In this document: piece after piece, positions 9,770 to 20,444 of the stretch
How positions within the stretch are numbered: the stretch's first letter is position 1
Layout of the letters: every line of letters starts with the position of its first letter
NCBI GenBank assembly: GCA_041690135.1
Contig: JAWLHY010000001.1
Location: forward strand, 992,001-1,056,000
Length of the DNA stretch: 64,000 nt
Direction: 5' to 3'
Source of the DNA: Armatimonadota bacterium
GTDB taxonomy: Bacteria > Armatimonadota > SYMT01
Notes under the pieces: model-generated
Databases searched by the model: none
What the model was told of the DNA's origin: nothing
What the model saw: only the letters and a program-made list of their open reading frames with translations
Position numbers and translations under genes: made by a program

Positions 9770-9855
9770 CAACTATCCAACCTCCGGCCCTCGTGGGGGC
9801 ATCAACTTTCAACCTGCCAACCTTCCACCCTGCAAACTTTCCAACTTTCCACCCA
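9770..9855. repeat. Degenerate 7-8 bp tandem repeat (CCAACCTT/TCAACTT type)
   Basis: ccaactat ccaacct...tcaacttt caacctgc caaccttc caccctgc aaactttc caactttc; same family as 30130-30270. Confidence 0.7.
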
Positions 9856-9925
9856 GCGATGGTTGAATTGGCGAGAAATCGCGCCCAACGTGGGTATACA
9901 CGCATGACCGAAGGAGGCAGACACC

Positions 9926-11497
9926 ATGGCGACCCAACTCCCCGGCCGCCGGCGCGAGACGGACCGCGAGGTCCCAAAGCGCTCGGCCGAGGGTACTTCA
10001 CGTACCCCCCACCGTCTCTCTACCGGCGTCCCCGGTTTGGACGAGGTGCTTTCCGGAGGCTTGATTCCCGACCGGGCCTACCTGCTCCGTGGCGGGCCGG
10101 GTAGCGGTAAGACGACCCTCGGCCTGCACTTTCTCGCCGCCGGAGCGGTGACTGGAGAGCCGGTGTTGTTCCTGACGCTGGCGGAGCCGGAAGCGCAGAT
10201 TCGCCAGACGGCGGAGGGTCAGGGGTTCGACCTGACGGGTGTCTCCTTCCTGGATCTTTCACCAGGGTCCGAGTATTTCTCCGAGAGCCGCGCCTACGAC
10301 GTTTTCAGCCCGTCCGAGGTGGAGCGGGAGCCGACTACGCAGCGCATCGTGGAGACCGTCAAAGAGCTCCAACCCCGCAGAGTGTTCCTGGATGCTATCA
10401 CCCAGCTCCGGTATCTCTCGCCCGATGCCTTCGAGTTCCGGAAGCAGGCGCTCTCCTTTCTCCGCTTCCTCGTCGAGCAGAATGCCACGGTACTCTTCAC
10501 TTCGGAAGCCAGCGAAGCGGCACCCGATGACGACCTTCAGTTCATGGCCGATGGGGTCCTGCACCTGACCGCGGCCCAGGAGGGGCGGAACGTCCAGGTC
10601 GAAAAGTTCCGCGGCTCCGGGTTCCGCACCGGCCGTCACGCGCTGCGCCTGAGTCAACGTGGGATGGAGGTCTTTCCACGGCTGTTGCCGCCCCTGCGGA
10701 CCGCGCGTCCGGATTTCGGGATGATGCCCTCCGGCGTGCCCTATCTCGACGAGATGCTCCACGGGGGATTGGAGCGCAGCACCATCACCATCATCAGCGG
10801 CCCGAGCGGGGTGGGCAAGACCACCCTGGGTCTTCAGTTCATGAAAGAAGCCGCGGGCCGTGGGGAGCGGTCGGTAGTGTATCTCTTCGAAGAGGCGCCC
10901 GAGGTCCTGATCGAGCGCAGCGAAAACGTGAACATCCCGGCCCGCGCGATGGTGGAACGCGGGACGCTCTCCCTGGTGGCGGTGGAGCCTCTCCGGTTCT
11001 CCCCGGACGAGTTCGCCAGCATGGTGCGCCGCGACGTGGAAGAGCGCGGCACACGCATCGTGATGATCGACAGCGTCGGTGGCTATCGGCTTTCCCTTCA
11101 GGGGGAAGACCTGGTCGTGGCGCTTCACGCGCTCGGCAAGTACCTCAGCAGCCACCAGGTCTCACTCGTGCTGATCAATGAGATCGAGAACGTCACCGGC
11201 GATTTCCGCCCCACGGATGCCGGGATCAGCTACCTGGCGGACAACATCCTGTTCCTGCGGTTTCTGGAGATCAATGGGGAACTGCGGAAGGCCATCGGCG
11301 TCCTGAAGAAGCGCCTGGGGGACTTCGAGAAGGCGATGCGCCAGATCGAGATCAGCCGGTATGGGCTCAAAGTCGGGCCACCGCTCACCGGGCTTCGGGG
11401 CCTGCTTAAGGGCACCCCCGAATGGAGTCAGAGCCCCGAATCCACGGGTGCCGACGGGGGCGCCTCCTGGGACCCTCTGCGTATGCCGCGGTCGTGA
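9926..11497 (+). CDS. KaiC-like duplicated RecA-fold ATPase
   Basis: Two domains (TGVPGLDEVL/GGPGSGKT and SGVPYLDEML/GPSGVGKT), KFRG and KKR fingers, GISYLADN; GGAGG RBS. Confidence 0.92.
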   Translation: MATQLPGRRRETDREVPKRSAEGTSRTPHRLSTGVPGLDEVLSGGLIPDRAYLLRGGPGSGKTTLGLHFLAAGAVTGEPVLFLTLAEPEAQIRQTAEGQGFDLTGVSFLDLSPGSEYFSESRAYDVFSPSEVEREPTTQRIVETVKELQPRRVFLDAITQLRYLSPDAFEFRKQALSFLRFLVEQNATVLFTSEASEAAPDDDLQFMADGVLHLTAAQEGRNVQVEKFRGSGFRTGRHALRLSQRGMEVFPRLLPPLRTARPDFGMMPSGVPYLDEMLHGGLERSTITIISGPSGVGKTTLGLQFMKEAAGRGERSVVYLFEEAPEVLIERSENVNIPARAMVERGTLSLVAVEPLRFSPDEFASMVRRDVEERGTRIVMIDSVGGYRLSLQGEDLVVALHALGKYLSSHQVSLVLINEIENVTGDFRPTDAGISYLADNILFLRFLEINGELRKAIGVLKKRLGDFEKAMRQIEISRYGLKVGPPLTGLRGLLKGTPEWSQSPESTGADGGASWDPLRMPRS

Positions 11498-11509
11498 GGA
11501 GAACCCGGA

Positions 11510-12844
11510 ATGAGCCGAATCGCCCTGTTGGTCGACCGGAAAGAGAACCGGCGGATACTCGGTCAATGGTTAGCTTCGCGTTACGAAGTGCACGATGCGC
11601 ACCAGGAGCTCAACGGTACGGCGCCCGACCTGGTGCTGGTGGACGGTCCTGCCCTCTCCCGGCTATGCGAGCAGTTGATCGCTCGCCGTGAGAACGAACG
11701 ACCAGTGACTCTACCGGTACTGCTGATCGCTTCCAGCGGCGAGGGACCCGTGCCGCGTTGGGTCTGGAATTGTGTCGATGAAGTGATCCGGGCTCCAATC
11801 GAGAAGGTGGAGCTCCAGGCTCGGGTGGAGGTGCTTTTGCGCCTCCGCCGGCTCTCGCTGCAACTCCACGAACGGGCGGAGGCCCTGGCCAGCCGGCTGG
11901 GCCGCGTCCTCGACGACTCGCCGAACGGCATCTTTATCTTCGACGCTGGGTCACTTCGCTTTGTACAGGTAAATCACGGGGCCTCACGTGCTCTCGGCTA
12001 TACCGCCGACGAACTCCTGGGGATGACGCTCCAGGATCTCCAGCCCGAACTGACGATGGAACAACTGCGCGAGGTGCTGGAGCCGCTTCGCACCGGCGAA
12101 CAGGAACAGGCCGTATTCGAGACGACCCAGCAACGCAAAGACGGATCCAGTTTTCCTGTCGAGTACCGCATTCGCCATTCTCCGGGCGAGAGCCCCCCCG
12201 TGTTCGTGGCGGTGGTCCAGGACATCACCGAGCGGCGCCGGGCCGAGGAACTGGAGCAGGAGGCGCATCTTCGAGCCCTGCAGGGGGAGGTGGAAAAACG
12301 CCGCTTTGCCCGGGACGTGCTGTGCGCCGTTACCCAGCGGAAGTTTCTCCTGGTGGATCGTTCGGAGATTCCCACCGAGGGCCGGCTGGTCCTGGACCTC
12401 CCCACCGAGAACGGCCAGCAATACCGGCAGGCGCGCCATGCGTTGGAGACGGTAGCACTGGACTGCGGAATGTCGGACGAGCGGGCCGCCAACCTGGTGC
12501 TGGCGGTGGGAGAAGCCATTGGGAATGCTCTCAAACACGCCACCCACGGTCGCTGTCAGGTCTACGTGAAGGAAGGCGCCCTTCTGGTCCGCGTGTCCGA
12601 CCGCGGCCAGGGGATGCGTTGGCAGGATCTCCCCGCCACGGTGCTCACCGCTGGTTACTCCACCAAGATCTCCCTGGGCGTGGGCTACACCCTCATGCTG
12701 GAACTGGCGGACCAGATCTGGCTCAGCACGGGCCCGGAAGGCACCATTGTCCAGCTTGCCTGCTCCGTCGAACCGCAACCCGAACTGGAGCCCGCCGAGC
12801 TCCTCGCCTCCGCCATGGACCGGCTTGGAAACGACGGCTGGTAG
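11510..12844 (+). CDS. Degenerate REC + PAS + RsbW-like (HATPase_c_2) signalling protein
   Basis: PDLVLVD receiver-like N-terminus; PAS (VNHGASRALGYTADEL...RKDGSSFPVE...DITER); EAIGNALKHA, VSDRGQG, LGVGY; no HisKA H-box. Confidence 0.8.
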   Translation: MSRIALLVDRKENRRILGQWLASRYEVHDAHQELNGTAPDLVLVDGPALSRLCEQLIARRENERPVTLPVLLIASSGEGPVPRWVWNCVDEVIRAPIEKVELQARVEVLLRLRRLSLQLHERAEALASRLGRVLDDSPNGIFIFDAGSLRFVQVNHGASRALGYTADELLGMTLQDLQPELTMEQLREVLEPLRTGEQEQAVFETTQQRKDGSSFPVEYRIRHSPGESPPVFVAVVQDITERRRAEELEQEAHLRALQGEVEKRRFARDVLCAVTQRKFLLVDRSEIPTEGRLVLDLPTENGQQYRQARHALETVALDCGMSDERAANLVLAVGEAIGNALKHATHGRCQVYVKEGALLVRVSDRGQGMRWQDLPATVLTAGYSTKISLGVGYTLMLELADQIWLSTGPEGTIVQLACSVEPQPELEPAELLASAMDRLGNDGW

Positions 12845-12861
12845 CGCCTATACTCGGAGCA

Positions 12862-13512
12862 CTAGCTTGACCTGGACGCCAACCTGGCTTCCACCGCCTG
12901 CTCGTATGCCTCCAGCGGCACGGTCCCCACCAGCACTTCCTCGCCGATCAACACCGTGGGTACGGCGCTAATCCCCAGGGCCAGCGCATCCTCGTGCTCC
13001 GCCAGCACGCGGCCATCGAACTCCCCGTCTTCCACGGCCGCCATCAGTCGTTCGGCGGGAAGCCCCACCTGCTCCGCCAGGTCCGCGAGCACCTCCGGAT
13101 CGCTGATGTCCGCCGTTTCCCGGAAGAACGCATCGTACAGCGAGAGGTCGAACTCGTCGAAGTGCTCCGGATACTCGTGCTGCACCCACCGTGCCGCCGA
13201 CAGCGCCGGCAGGGACGACGTGGGATAGGGGCTGCCCACCGGCGGCAGGTCGTAGGGCAGGCCGGACATTTTCCACGCCGCCCGCCGGTGCTCCAGGTGA
13301 TACTCGGTAAAGGTCCGCGACGCCCCCTCCGGAAGCAGCAGGAAACTGCGGTGTTCCAGCTCGATGGCACCCGGACGACGGTCGCGCAGTTCTCGCAGCC
13401 GGACGGCCGGCGGCCAGCACCAGGGACAGAGGTAATCGGCAAAGATGGTGACGCGCACCTGGATCTCGGCGCCGCTGTGGAATCCCTCTGCGCGCTGGAA
13501 GCGGGTCGACAT
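12862..13512 (-). CDS. DsbA/FrnE family thioredoxin-fold protein
   Basis: FADYLCPWC and GISAVPT motifs; start uncertain. Confidence 0.85.
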   Translation of the reverse strand: MSTRFQRAEGFHSGAEIQVRVTIFADYLCPWCWPPAVRLRELRDRRPGAIELEHRSFLLLPEGASRTFTEYHLEHRRAAWKMSGLPYDLPPVGSPYPTSSLPALSAARWVQHEYPEHFDEFDLSLYDAFFRETADISDPEVLADLAEQVGLPAERLMAAVEDGEFDGRVLAEHEDALALGISAVPTVLIGEEVLVGTVPLEAYEQAVEARLASRSS

Positions 13513-13658
13513 GTCTCGTACTCCTCGGGACGACGTATCGCTGTCGCTGTTCCGAACAGTTTTCCCATCTCCGCCCGGATGAAACCTTGGAAACCGGCCC
13601 TGCGACCGGAGCCGGGTGACGAAGAGGGCAATCCCCGCAGGGTAGAGAAAGGTATTGC

Positions 13659-15095
13659 ATGCACCGATCCCTTCTCTGCCTCCTGGCGACGGCTATCGGC
13701 ATTGTGGCCATGGGCGTGCCCGGGCGCGCGCAGCCGCCGGGTACGGAACGCCCCAACGTCCTGTTCATTTCGGTGGACGATATGAACAATGACCTGGGCT
13801 GCTACGGCCACCCGCTCGTGAAATCGCCGCACATCGATCGGCTCGCGAACCGGGGCGTGCGGTTCGACCGGGCTTACTGCCAGCTACCACTGTGCAGCCC
13901 CAGTCGCTCCTCGGTGATGACGGGTCTCCGCCCGGACACTACCCGCGTCTACAACCTCACCTACCACTTCCGGAAGGGGCTGCCGGACGTAGTCACGCTG
14001 CCGCAGGTGTTTAAGAACCACGGCTACTTCGCCGCAAGGGTGGGCAAGATCTACCACTACGGCAACCCGGGACAGATCGGTACGAGCGGCCTGGACGACC
14101 CGCCCTCCTGGAACCAGGTCGTCAACCCGGCCGGGGTCGACAAGACGCTCCTCGAACCGGAGATCGTCAATCACACGCCGAAACGCGGCCTCGGCAGCGC
14201 CCTGTCGCTCCTGGCCGACCCGCGGCATCCCGATGAGGAGCACACCGACGGCAAGGTTGCGACCGAGACCATCCGGCTTTTGGAGCAAAACCGGGACCGG
14301 CCGTTTTTCATTGCCGCGGGGTTCTACCGGCCACACACCCCCTACGTGGCGCCAAAGAAGTACTTCGACCTCTATCCGCCCGCGGAGATCCGCCTCCCGG
14401 AGGAACCGGCGGAGCACCTTAAAGCCATCCCCGCGCCCGCTCTCGCTTCCACCCGCCCCTGGCCCCTTCTGGGGGTGACCCGCGAACAGGCCCTCGAAGG
14501 GAAGCGGGCCTATTACGCGTCGATCTCGTTTGTGGATGCCCAGGTCGGGCGGCTCCTCGACGCCCTGGATCGCCTGAAGCTCCGCGAGAAGACCCTCATC
14601 GTCTTCTGGAGCGATCACGGTTACCACCTGGGCGAACATGGATTGTGGCTGAAGCAGAGCCTTTTCGAAGAATCCGCGCGCGTCCCGCTGATCGTGGCCG
14701 GCCCCGGCATCCAGGCCGCCGGAAAGGCGAGCCCGCGGATCGTGGAACTCGTCGACCTGTACCCCACCCTGGCGGATCTCGCCGGTCTAAAGCCGCCGGG
14801 CAACCTGGAAGGAGCCAGCCTACGACCGCTTCTCGGCAATCCGCAGCGGAAGTGGGAACGTCCCGCCTTCACCCAAACGCCTCGCGGCCGGTTCTCGGGC
14901 TACTCCGTGCGCACCGAGCGCTGGCGCTACACCGAATGGGATGAGGGGCGTGCCGGGGTCGAGCTCTACGACCACGAGAAAGACCCGCGCGAATACCGCA
15001 ACCTGGCTTCCGTGCCCGAGTACGCCGCCATGCTGGCGCAAATGAAGGCGCTCCTGGCCCAAACCCGGCGCCCTCCCGCAAACGAGAAACCCTGA
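13659..15095 (+). CDS. Cys-type sulfatase (iduronate-2-sulfatase-like)
   Basis: Signal peptide; [35 protein letters not shown]. Confidence 0.93.
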   Translation: MHRSLLCLLATAIGIVAMGVPGRAQPPGTERPNVLFISVDDMNNDLGCYGHPLVKSPHIDRLANRGVRFDRAYCQLPLCSPSRSSVMTGLRPDTTRVYNLTYHFRKGLPDVVTLPQVFKNHGYFAARVGKIYHYGNPGQIGTSGLDDPPSWNQVVNPAGVDKTLLEPEIVNHTPKRGLGSALSLLADPRHPDEEHTDGKVATETIRLLEQNRDRPFFIAAGFYRPHTPYVAPKKYFDLYPPAEIRLPEEPAEHLKAIPAPALASTRPWPLLGVTREQALEGKRAYYASISFVDAQVGRLLDALDRLKLREKTLIVFWSDHGYHLGEHGLWLKQSLFEESARVPLIVAGPGIQAAGKASPRIVELVDLYPTLADLAGLKPPGNLEGASLRPLLGNPQRKWERPAFTQTPRGRFSGYSVRTERWRYTEWDEGRAGVELYDHEKDPREYRNLASVPEYAAMLAQMKALLAQTRRPPANEKP

Positions 15096-16639
15096 TGAAA
15101 CTGATCCAGCCACTCCTGACCCTGGCGGGCGCGATGGCGCTCACCGTCACGCTCGGCAGCCGCACCCAGGCGCAGAACCCGGCGGCGCAGCGGCCGAACA
15201 TCGTCTTCATCTTCTCGGACGACCACGCCTACCAGGCGATCGGCGCTTACGGCTCGAAGCTGAACCAGACGCCGAACCTGGACCGCATTGCGCGGGAGGG
15301 GATGCGGTTCGACCGCTGCCTGGTGCCCAACTCCATCTGCGGCCCCAGCCGGGCCACCATCCTCACCGGCAAGTACTCCCACCTCAACGGCTTCTACAAC
15401 AACGCCCGCAACCGCTTCGACGGCTCGCAGACCACCTTCCCCAAGCTCCTCCAGAAGCAGGGGTACCAGACGGCCATGATCGGCAAGTGGCACCTGGTGA
15501 CGAACCCGACGGGTTTCGACCACTGGGATATCCTGCCCGGCCAGGGCCAGTACTACAATCCGCCGATGATCCGGAACGGCGAACGCCTGAAGCGCGAGGG
15601 CTACACCACGGACATCATCACGGACCTCTCTCTCGACTGGCTGCAGAAGCGGGACCCGAACAAGCCGTTCATGTTGATGTGCCAGCACAAGGCCCCGCAC
15701 CGGGAGTGGGCTCCCAACCTCAAGTACCTGGGCAAGTACTCTGAAGGGAAGATCCCCGAGCCCGACACCCTGTTCGACGATTACGCGGGGCGAGGGGCGG
15801 CCGAGAAGTCCCAGGACATGACCATCGAGAAAACGATGACGCCGAAGGACCTGAAGCTGACCCCTCCGCCTTACTTGAATGCGGAACAGCGGAAGGTGTG
15901 GGACGCTTATTACGAGCCCCGTAACGCGGCCTTCCGCAAGGCCAACCCGCAGGGAAAGGATCTCATCCGGTGGAAGTACCAGCGCTACATGCACGATTAC
16001 CTGGGCAGCGTTGCTTCCGTGGATGAGAGCGTCGGCCGCGTGCTCGACTACCTGAAAGATACGGGCCTCGATAAGAACACCATCGTCGTCTACTCCTCGG
16101 ACCAGGGCTTCTACCTGGGTGAGCACGGTTGGTTCGACAAACGGTGGATCTACGAGGAGTCGCTCCGCACGCCGCTGCTGGTCCGCTGGCCGGGCGTAAC
16201 GAAGCCGGGCAGCGTCAACCGGGATATGGTCTCCAACGTGGACTTCGCCCAGACCTTCCTGGAAGCCGCCGGCGTCTCCTCCCCCGCCGACATGCAGGGC
16301 CGCAGCCTCGTCTCCGTGCTCAAGGGCAAGACCCCGAAGGATTGGCGGCAGAGCTTCTACTATCACTACTACGAATACCCCGGCGCTCATAGCGTGCGCA
16401 AGCACTATGGCGTGGTCACCGACCGGTACAAGCTGGTCCGCTTCTACGAACCCGATGTGGACTACTGGGAGCTCTTCGACCGCAAGACCGACCCGAAGGA
16501 AATGCGCAGCGTCTACGGACAGGCTTCTTACGCCAAGGTCCAGAAGGATCTGGAGCGGGAGTTGGCCCGCCTCCGCAAAGAGCTGAAGGTCACCGAGCAA
16601 GACCCGCCGGACTCCTTCACCCGCGTCCCCCGCCAATGA
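15095..16639 (+). CDS. Cys-type sulfatase (N-acetylglucosamine-6-sulfatase-like)
   Basis: [42 protein letters not shown]; TGATG coupling to the previous gene. Confidence 0.93.
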   Translation: MKLIQPLLTLAGAMALTVTLGSRTQAQNPAAQRPNIVFIFSDDHAYQAIGAYGSKLNQTPNLDRIAREGMRFDRCLVPNSICGPSRATILTGKYSHLNGFYNNARNRFDGSQTTFPKLLQKQGYQTAMIGKWHLVTNPTGFDHWDILPGQGQYYNPPMIRNGERLKREGYTTDIITDLSLDWLQKRDPNKPFMLMCQHKAPHREWAPNLKYLGKYSEGKIPEPDTLFDDYAGRGAAEKSQDMTIEKTMTPKDLKLTPPPYLNAEQRKVWDAYYEPRNAAFRKANPQGKDLIRWKYQRYMHDYLGSVASVDESVGRVLDYLKDTGLDKNTIVVYSSDQGFYLGEHGWFDKRWIYEESLRTPLLVRWPGVTKPGSVNRDMVSNVDFAQTFLEAAGVSSPADMQGRSLVSVLKGKTPKDWRQSFYYHYYEYPGAHSVRKHYGVVTDRYKLVRFYEPDVDYWELFDRKTDPKEMRSVYGQASYAKVQKDLERELARLRKELKVTEQDPPDSFTRVPRQ

Positions 16640-16818
16640 ATGGCTGAGGGCATCGCCCACGAGTGGGCGGTGCCCTCACGGTCACGGCATGGGCGCTGGC
16701 GCACCAAATTCCTTCACGGAATCCGGAGCCGTGTGCCGATGCTCTGCCGATTCCCGCTCTCCCGGAAGAGTGACTGTCGGTTTGGCCTCCTCAATTGTGC
16801 CGCGCTAACCTCTCCTGA

Positions 16819-16853
16819 CCCCTGGCCCCTGGCCCCTGGCCCCTGGCCCCTGG
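16819..16853. repeat. Perfect heptamer tandem repeat (CCCCTGG)x5
   Basis: Five exact copies read directly. Confidence 0.95.
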
Positions 16854-17011
16854 CCCCCGTCCTTCACCATCCCACGTGCGTCGTGTCCGGCCCCCAGCCA
16901 CCTCGAGGCCAGTTCTGCTGCCCCGCGTCAGACGGCTTCCCCACTTCTTGAGGGATTTGCTAAACACACGTGCAGAACAGCACAATTATTGGGATTCGGC
17001 TAAAAAATTAC

Positions 17012-17030
17012 AGATCTGTTAAACAGTTCT
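17012..17030. promoter_or_regulatory. Putative operator palindrome in AT-rich promoter region
   Basis: AGATCTGTT-A-AACAGTTCT, 8/9 inverted match, upstream of the prepilin-like gene. Confidence 0.4.
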
Positions 17031-17174
17031 ACTTCTGAAGGAATGACCTGAAGTCAGGACGAACTGCTCCCATCGGACCGGGGAAGGCGGGTCTCCGTCC
17101 TGGTCCGGTGCTCGCGGAGTGGCGAGCGCGTGCTACTGCGGCTCAGTCGCCGCATCGCCTTCATTGGAGAACTC

Positions 17175-17864
17175 ATGTTACGGAATCCTCGACGCGGCTT
17201 CACTCTAATCGAATTGCTCGTGGTGATTGCCATTATCGCCATCCTCGCCGCCATCCTTTTTCCCGTCTTCGCCCAGGCCCGCGAGAAGGCCCGTTCCATC
17301 AACTGCCTGAACAACATGCGTCAGCTCGGCACGGGCTTCGCGATGTACACGCAGGACTACGACGAGTGCCTGATCCCGCTCGCCATCGGCCAGCCCGCGC
17401 CGGCCGGTTCCATCATCGCCTCTGCGCAAACGTGGTGGCCCGACCTGCTCCAGCCCTACGTCAAGAACCGCCAGATCTTCCGCTGTCCGAGCCTACCGCC
17501 GAACCGCTTCGGTATTGCCTACAACCATCCGGAGTTGGGTTACTGGTTGGGTGGCGGGCTCTCGCTCGCCAGCATCGATAAACCGACCGACACCGCCGCA
17601 CTCGCGGACGCCGCCACGATTGCCAACCCCAATGAGCCGGACCCCGACAAGTGGGTGGCCGCCTCCGGCAACAGTGACAGCTACTTCTTCCGAACCCCGA
17701 ATAACGTGCCCCATTACACGGACAGTCCCTCGCGGGTCGTTAACCGGCATCAAGGAATGACCAACGTGGTCTTCGTGGATGGGCACGCCAAGGCGATGAA
17801 GACCAGTGCGCTCGGCTTCCAGTTCCCGGCGGGAGATGCCCGCGCCCTCTGGGATAAGCGATAA
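17175..17864 (+). CDS. Prepilin-type N-terminal cleavage/methylation, DUF1559/H-X9-DG protein
   Basis: [25 protein letters not shown]; CLNNMRQLG; [16 protein letters not shown]; GGAGA RBS. Confidence 0.93.
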   Translation: MLRNPRRGFTLIELLVVIAIIAILAAILFPVFAQAREKARSINCLNNMRQLGTGFAMYTQDYDECLIPLAIGQPAPAGSIIASAQTWWPDLLQPYVKNRQIFRCPSLPPNRFGIAYNHPELGYWLGGGLSLASIDKPTDTAALADAATIANPNEPDPDKWVAASGNSDSYFFRTPNNVPHYTDSPSRVVNRHQGMTNVVFVDGHAKAMKTSALGFQFPAGDARALWDKR

Positions 17865-17906
17865 CCACCGCCGCGGCTAGGTCCGACTACCTCGCCGACC
17901 AACATG

Positions 17907-17956
17907 AAAAGCCCGGACCAGGATGATAAGCCGTCCCGGTCCGGGCTTCTCTTTTG
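17907..17956 (+). terminator. Intrinsic terminator
   Basis: AAGCCCGGACC...GGTCCGGGCTT stem followed by CTCTTTT, after the stop at 17864. Confidence 0.7.
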
Positions 17957-18089
17957 CCGTGAAGGAGTGCCCCAGCGAAGAGACGAACAGCCCGGCAACG
18001 TGCGGTGAACGGTGAGTTCCGTCCATTGCCGGACAGTTCCATTGACTCCAAGACGGACACCACGGCGCCGCCGCCAACCTGGAAACCCC

Positions 18090-18836
18090 ATGTCACTCCC
18101 CCACCTCTACACCGTCAAAGACGGCGCGGTACTTTGGAACGGCAAACCCACCAAGGCGGACGTCGCCAGTTTCACTCCCCTGGGAGGCGCCTGGGCGCGC
18201 GATGCCTCCCACATCTTCGTTCAGGGCGCTCCCCGGCGGGGCATCGACCTGGCGACCTTTCAATACCTGAACCCCGTTTTCGTGAAGGATGCCTGCGCCG
18301 TTTATGACTGGGAAGGGACGATCAAGGGCGCCAATCCGGCCACATTCGTTATCCTCGACCCGGGCGTTTTCATCCAGGACGAGATCGTTCCACAGGCCTG
18401 GGCTCGGGGCTACGCACGGGATGCGGATGCCGTTTACTACCACGACCAGATGTTCGGCCGTGCTACCGCGCTGCGCGGCGCGGACCCCGGCAGCTTTGTC
18501 TCGCTGCGCAACGATTACGGCCTGGATGTCCAGGGCGTGTGGCACCAGAAGTCCCGGCTGCCGAAAGCGGCTCCCGCCACATGGGTGTACCTGGGTCGCC
18601 TGTGGAGTCGCGACCAGACCCGCGTCTTTTACGCGGAACGCGAGGTGACCGGCCTCGACCGCGAGCGGTTCGCTCCGGTCCTGGCCCCCACAATCGGCAA
18701 CTTCGCCACCGACGGGAAGCGCTTCTTCAACGCCGATCGCGAGATCCCGGAAGAGGAGTTCTGGGCCGAACTGGCGGAGAACTTCGGCGCCTTCGAACAG
18801 CGCCTCCGCGTGGCCCGTCGCCGTTTTATTCGCTAA
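18090..18836 (+). CDS. DKNYY-family repeat protein
   Basis: Repeated ADxxSF/TF...xARDxxxVYY units (ADVASF, IDLATF, ANPATF, ADPGSF). Confidence 0.75.
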   Translation: MSLPHLYTVKDGAVLWNGKPTKADVASFTPLGGAWARDASHIFVQGAPRRGIDLATFQYLNPVFVKDACAVYDWEGTIKGANPATFVILDPGVFIQDEIVPQAWARGYARDADAVYYHDQMFGRATALRGADPGSFVSLRNDYGLDVQGVWHQKSRLPKAAPATWVYLGRLWSRDQTRVFYAEREVTGLDRERFAPVLAPTIGNFATDGKRFFNADREIPEEEFWAELAENFGAFEQRLRVARRRFIR

Positions 18837-18928
18837 GGAGCGGCTTGGATCGGTAAGAATCTCGGCTCCGCGTCCGCTACAAGAACAGGCGTGGCGAGTG
18901 TCCCAGGCAGGCGTAAAGGATCAGCTCC

Positions 18929-20284
18929 ATGGACGACCGCATCGACATCAGTTCCTATCCTCTTAACTCCCGCCTCCGGATAGCCGTATCGACGGGGGAC
19001 GTCGGCATCGTGCGGGAACTGATCGCCCAGGGGGCCGACGTGAACTCGACCGATGAAGACGGCTGGAGCCTCCTGGAGTGGGCGGTCAACCGCAATCATT
19101 TGGATGTAGTGGAGATCCTGCGGGCAGCGGGCGCTCAAGACACGCTCCAGTCGGCGGCTGCGTTGGGCGATGTGGAGTTGGTGCGCCGGCTGCTGGATGA
19201 GGGCGCCTCGCTTGCGGAAACAAACTCCGATGGCACTTCCCCGCTCATGTGGGCGGCTTCGGAAGGCCACGTCGAAGTTGTGCGGATCCTCCTCGAAAGA
19301 GGAGCGGATGTTCATCACCGCAACCATTTCGGCGATGACGTCCTCCGCTGGATGGGCGGACGTAACGTATCGGCCATGATGGAACTCCTTCGGCAGGCGG
19401 GCGCCCACCTGGGATTGGCCGATTTCGCGCACGGCGATAACCGACCGGCGGTTGAGGAATTGCTCCGCGACGGCGAGGATGCAAACCGCCGTGACGAAGG
19501 CGGCACTACGCCGTTAATCGGCGCCGTGTGCAGTGAGGGCAAGACTTGCCTGGATCTGCTACTGCAGCATGGCGCAGATATTAATGGGACGGATGTTCAC
19601 GACAACACTCCTCTCACTTACGCGGCAAGACTGGGGGATGTGGACCTGATCCACTATCTGGTTGAGCGCGGTGCCAGGGTTAACCCGGAGACCGGGAGTT
19701 CGTCACCGCTGTCGGATGCCGTATGGTGGGAGCGTGTCGATGCCGTCCGGACGCTGTTGGACCTTGGCGCGCAGTTCGAACCCGCGGGCTTTCAAGGTTC
19801 AGGTCCCTTACCGAGATTCCTCGGCAGGGTCACCCCTGACACAATTACGATCGCGGAGTTGCTCATTGCCGCAGGGGCGGACGTCAACGCACGCTCCACC
19901 ACCGATGGGAAACAACCACTCCATGAAGCAGCGAAGAAAGGGAGTAATGAACTTGTCGCCTTGCTCCTTGAACATGGGGCGGACCCTAATGGACGCGACA
20001 AGTTTCAGCAGACCCCCTTGTTCGACGCGGTGGATCGGGGGCATCTGGAGACTGCCGAGTTACTTCTCTGCGGTGGAGCGGACCTGAATGCGGAGACTTC
20101 CCCCGGCGTGACGGTTCTATCCAACGCAGCTTACTTTGGTCGCCTGCAAACCGTGAAGCGGTTGCTGGCCTGGGGGATTTCCCTGGAAGGAAAGCGAGGA
20201 TGGCTGCCATTGAACAAGGCTCGCTGGCGAGGCCACACCCAAGTCGTCGAACTGCTGCTACAAGCAGGGGTGCGCCAGGAGTGA
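18929..20284 (+). CDS. Ankyrin repeat protein
   Basis: About 10 repeats of the GxTPL...A...G...V..LL..GADVN type. Confidence 0.93.
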   Translation: MDDRIDISSYPLNSRLRIAVSTGDVGIVRELIAQGADVNSTDEDGWSLLEWAVNRNHLDVVEILRAAGAQDTLQSAAALGDVELVRRLLDEGASLAETNSDGTSPLMWAASEGHVEVVRILLERGADVHHRNHFGDDVLRWMGGRNVSAMMELLRQAGAHLGLADFAHGDNRPAVEELLRDGEDANRRDEGGTTPLIGAVCSEGKTCLDLLLQHGADINGTDVHDNTPLTYAARLGDVDLIHYLVERGARVNPETGSSSPLSDAVWWERVDAVRTLLDLGAQFEPAGFQGSGPLPRFLGRVTPDTITIAELLIAAGADVNARSTTDGKQPLHEAAKKGSNELVALLLEHGADPNGRDKFQQTPLFDAVDRGHLETAELLLCGGADLNAETSPGVTVLSNAAYFGRLQTVKRLLAWGISLEGKRGWLPLNKARWRGHTQVVELLLQAGVRQE

Positions 20285-20444
20285 TGTCGCGTGGCAGCCA
20301 GCCCCTATAGCCCCAGAAATAGCAAAAATTTGTTCTGTAATGCCGAAACTTGCACCACCCGGCGGGTTCCTATTCCGGTGATGATGGACGGCCGACCGCA
20401 GCCGTGAAAGGATGCCGTTGCCAGGAGGTGCAACATTAGCTACT

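Noticed and set aside
9926-11497. True circadian kaiC
   Set aside because: No kaiA or kaiB in the window, SY instead of ST, and altered catalytic glutamates in domain I.
14966-16660. 564-aa minus-strand ORF
   Set aside because: Antisense shadow of the sulfatase in GC-rich DNA, with no motifs.
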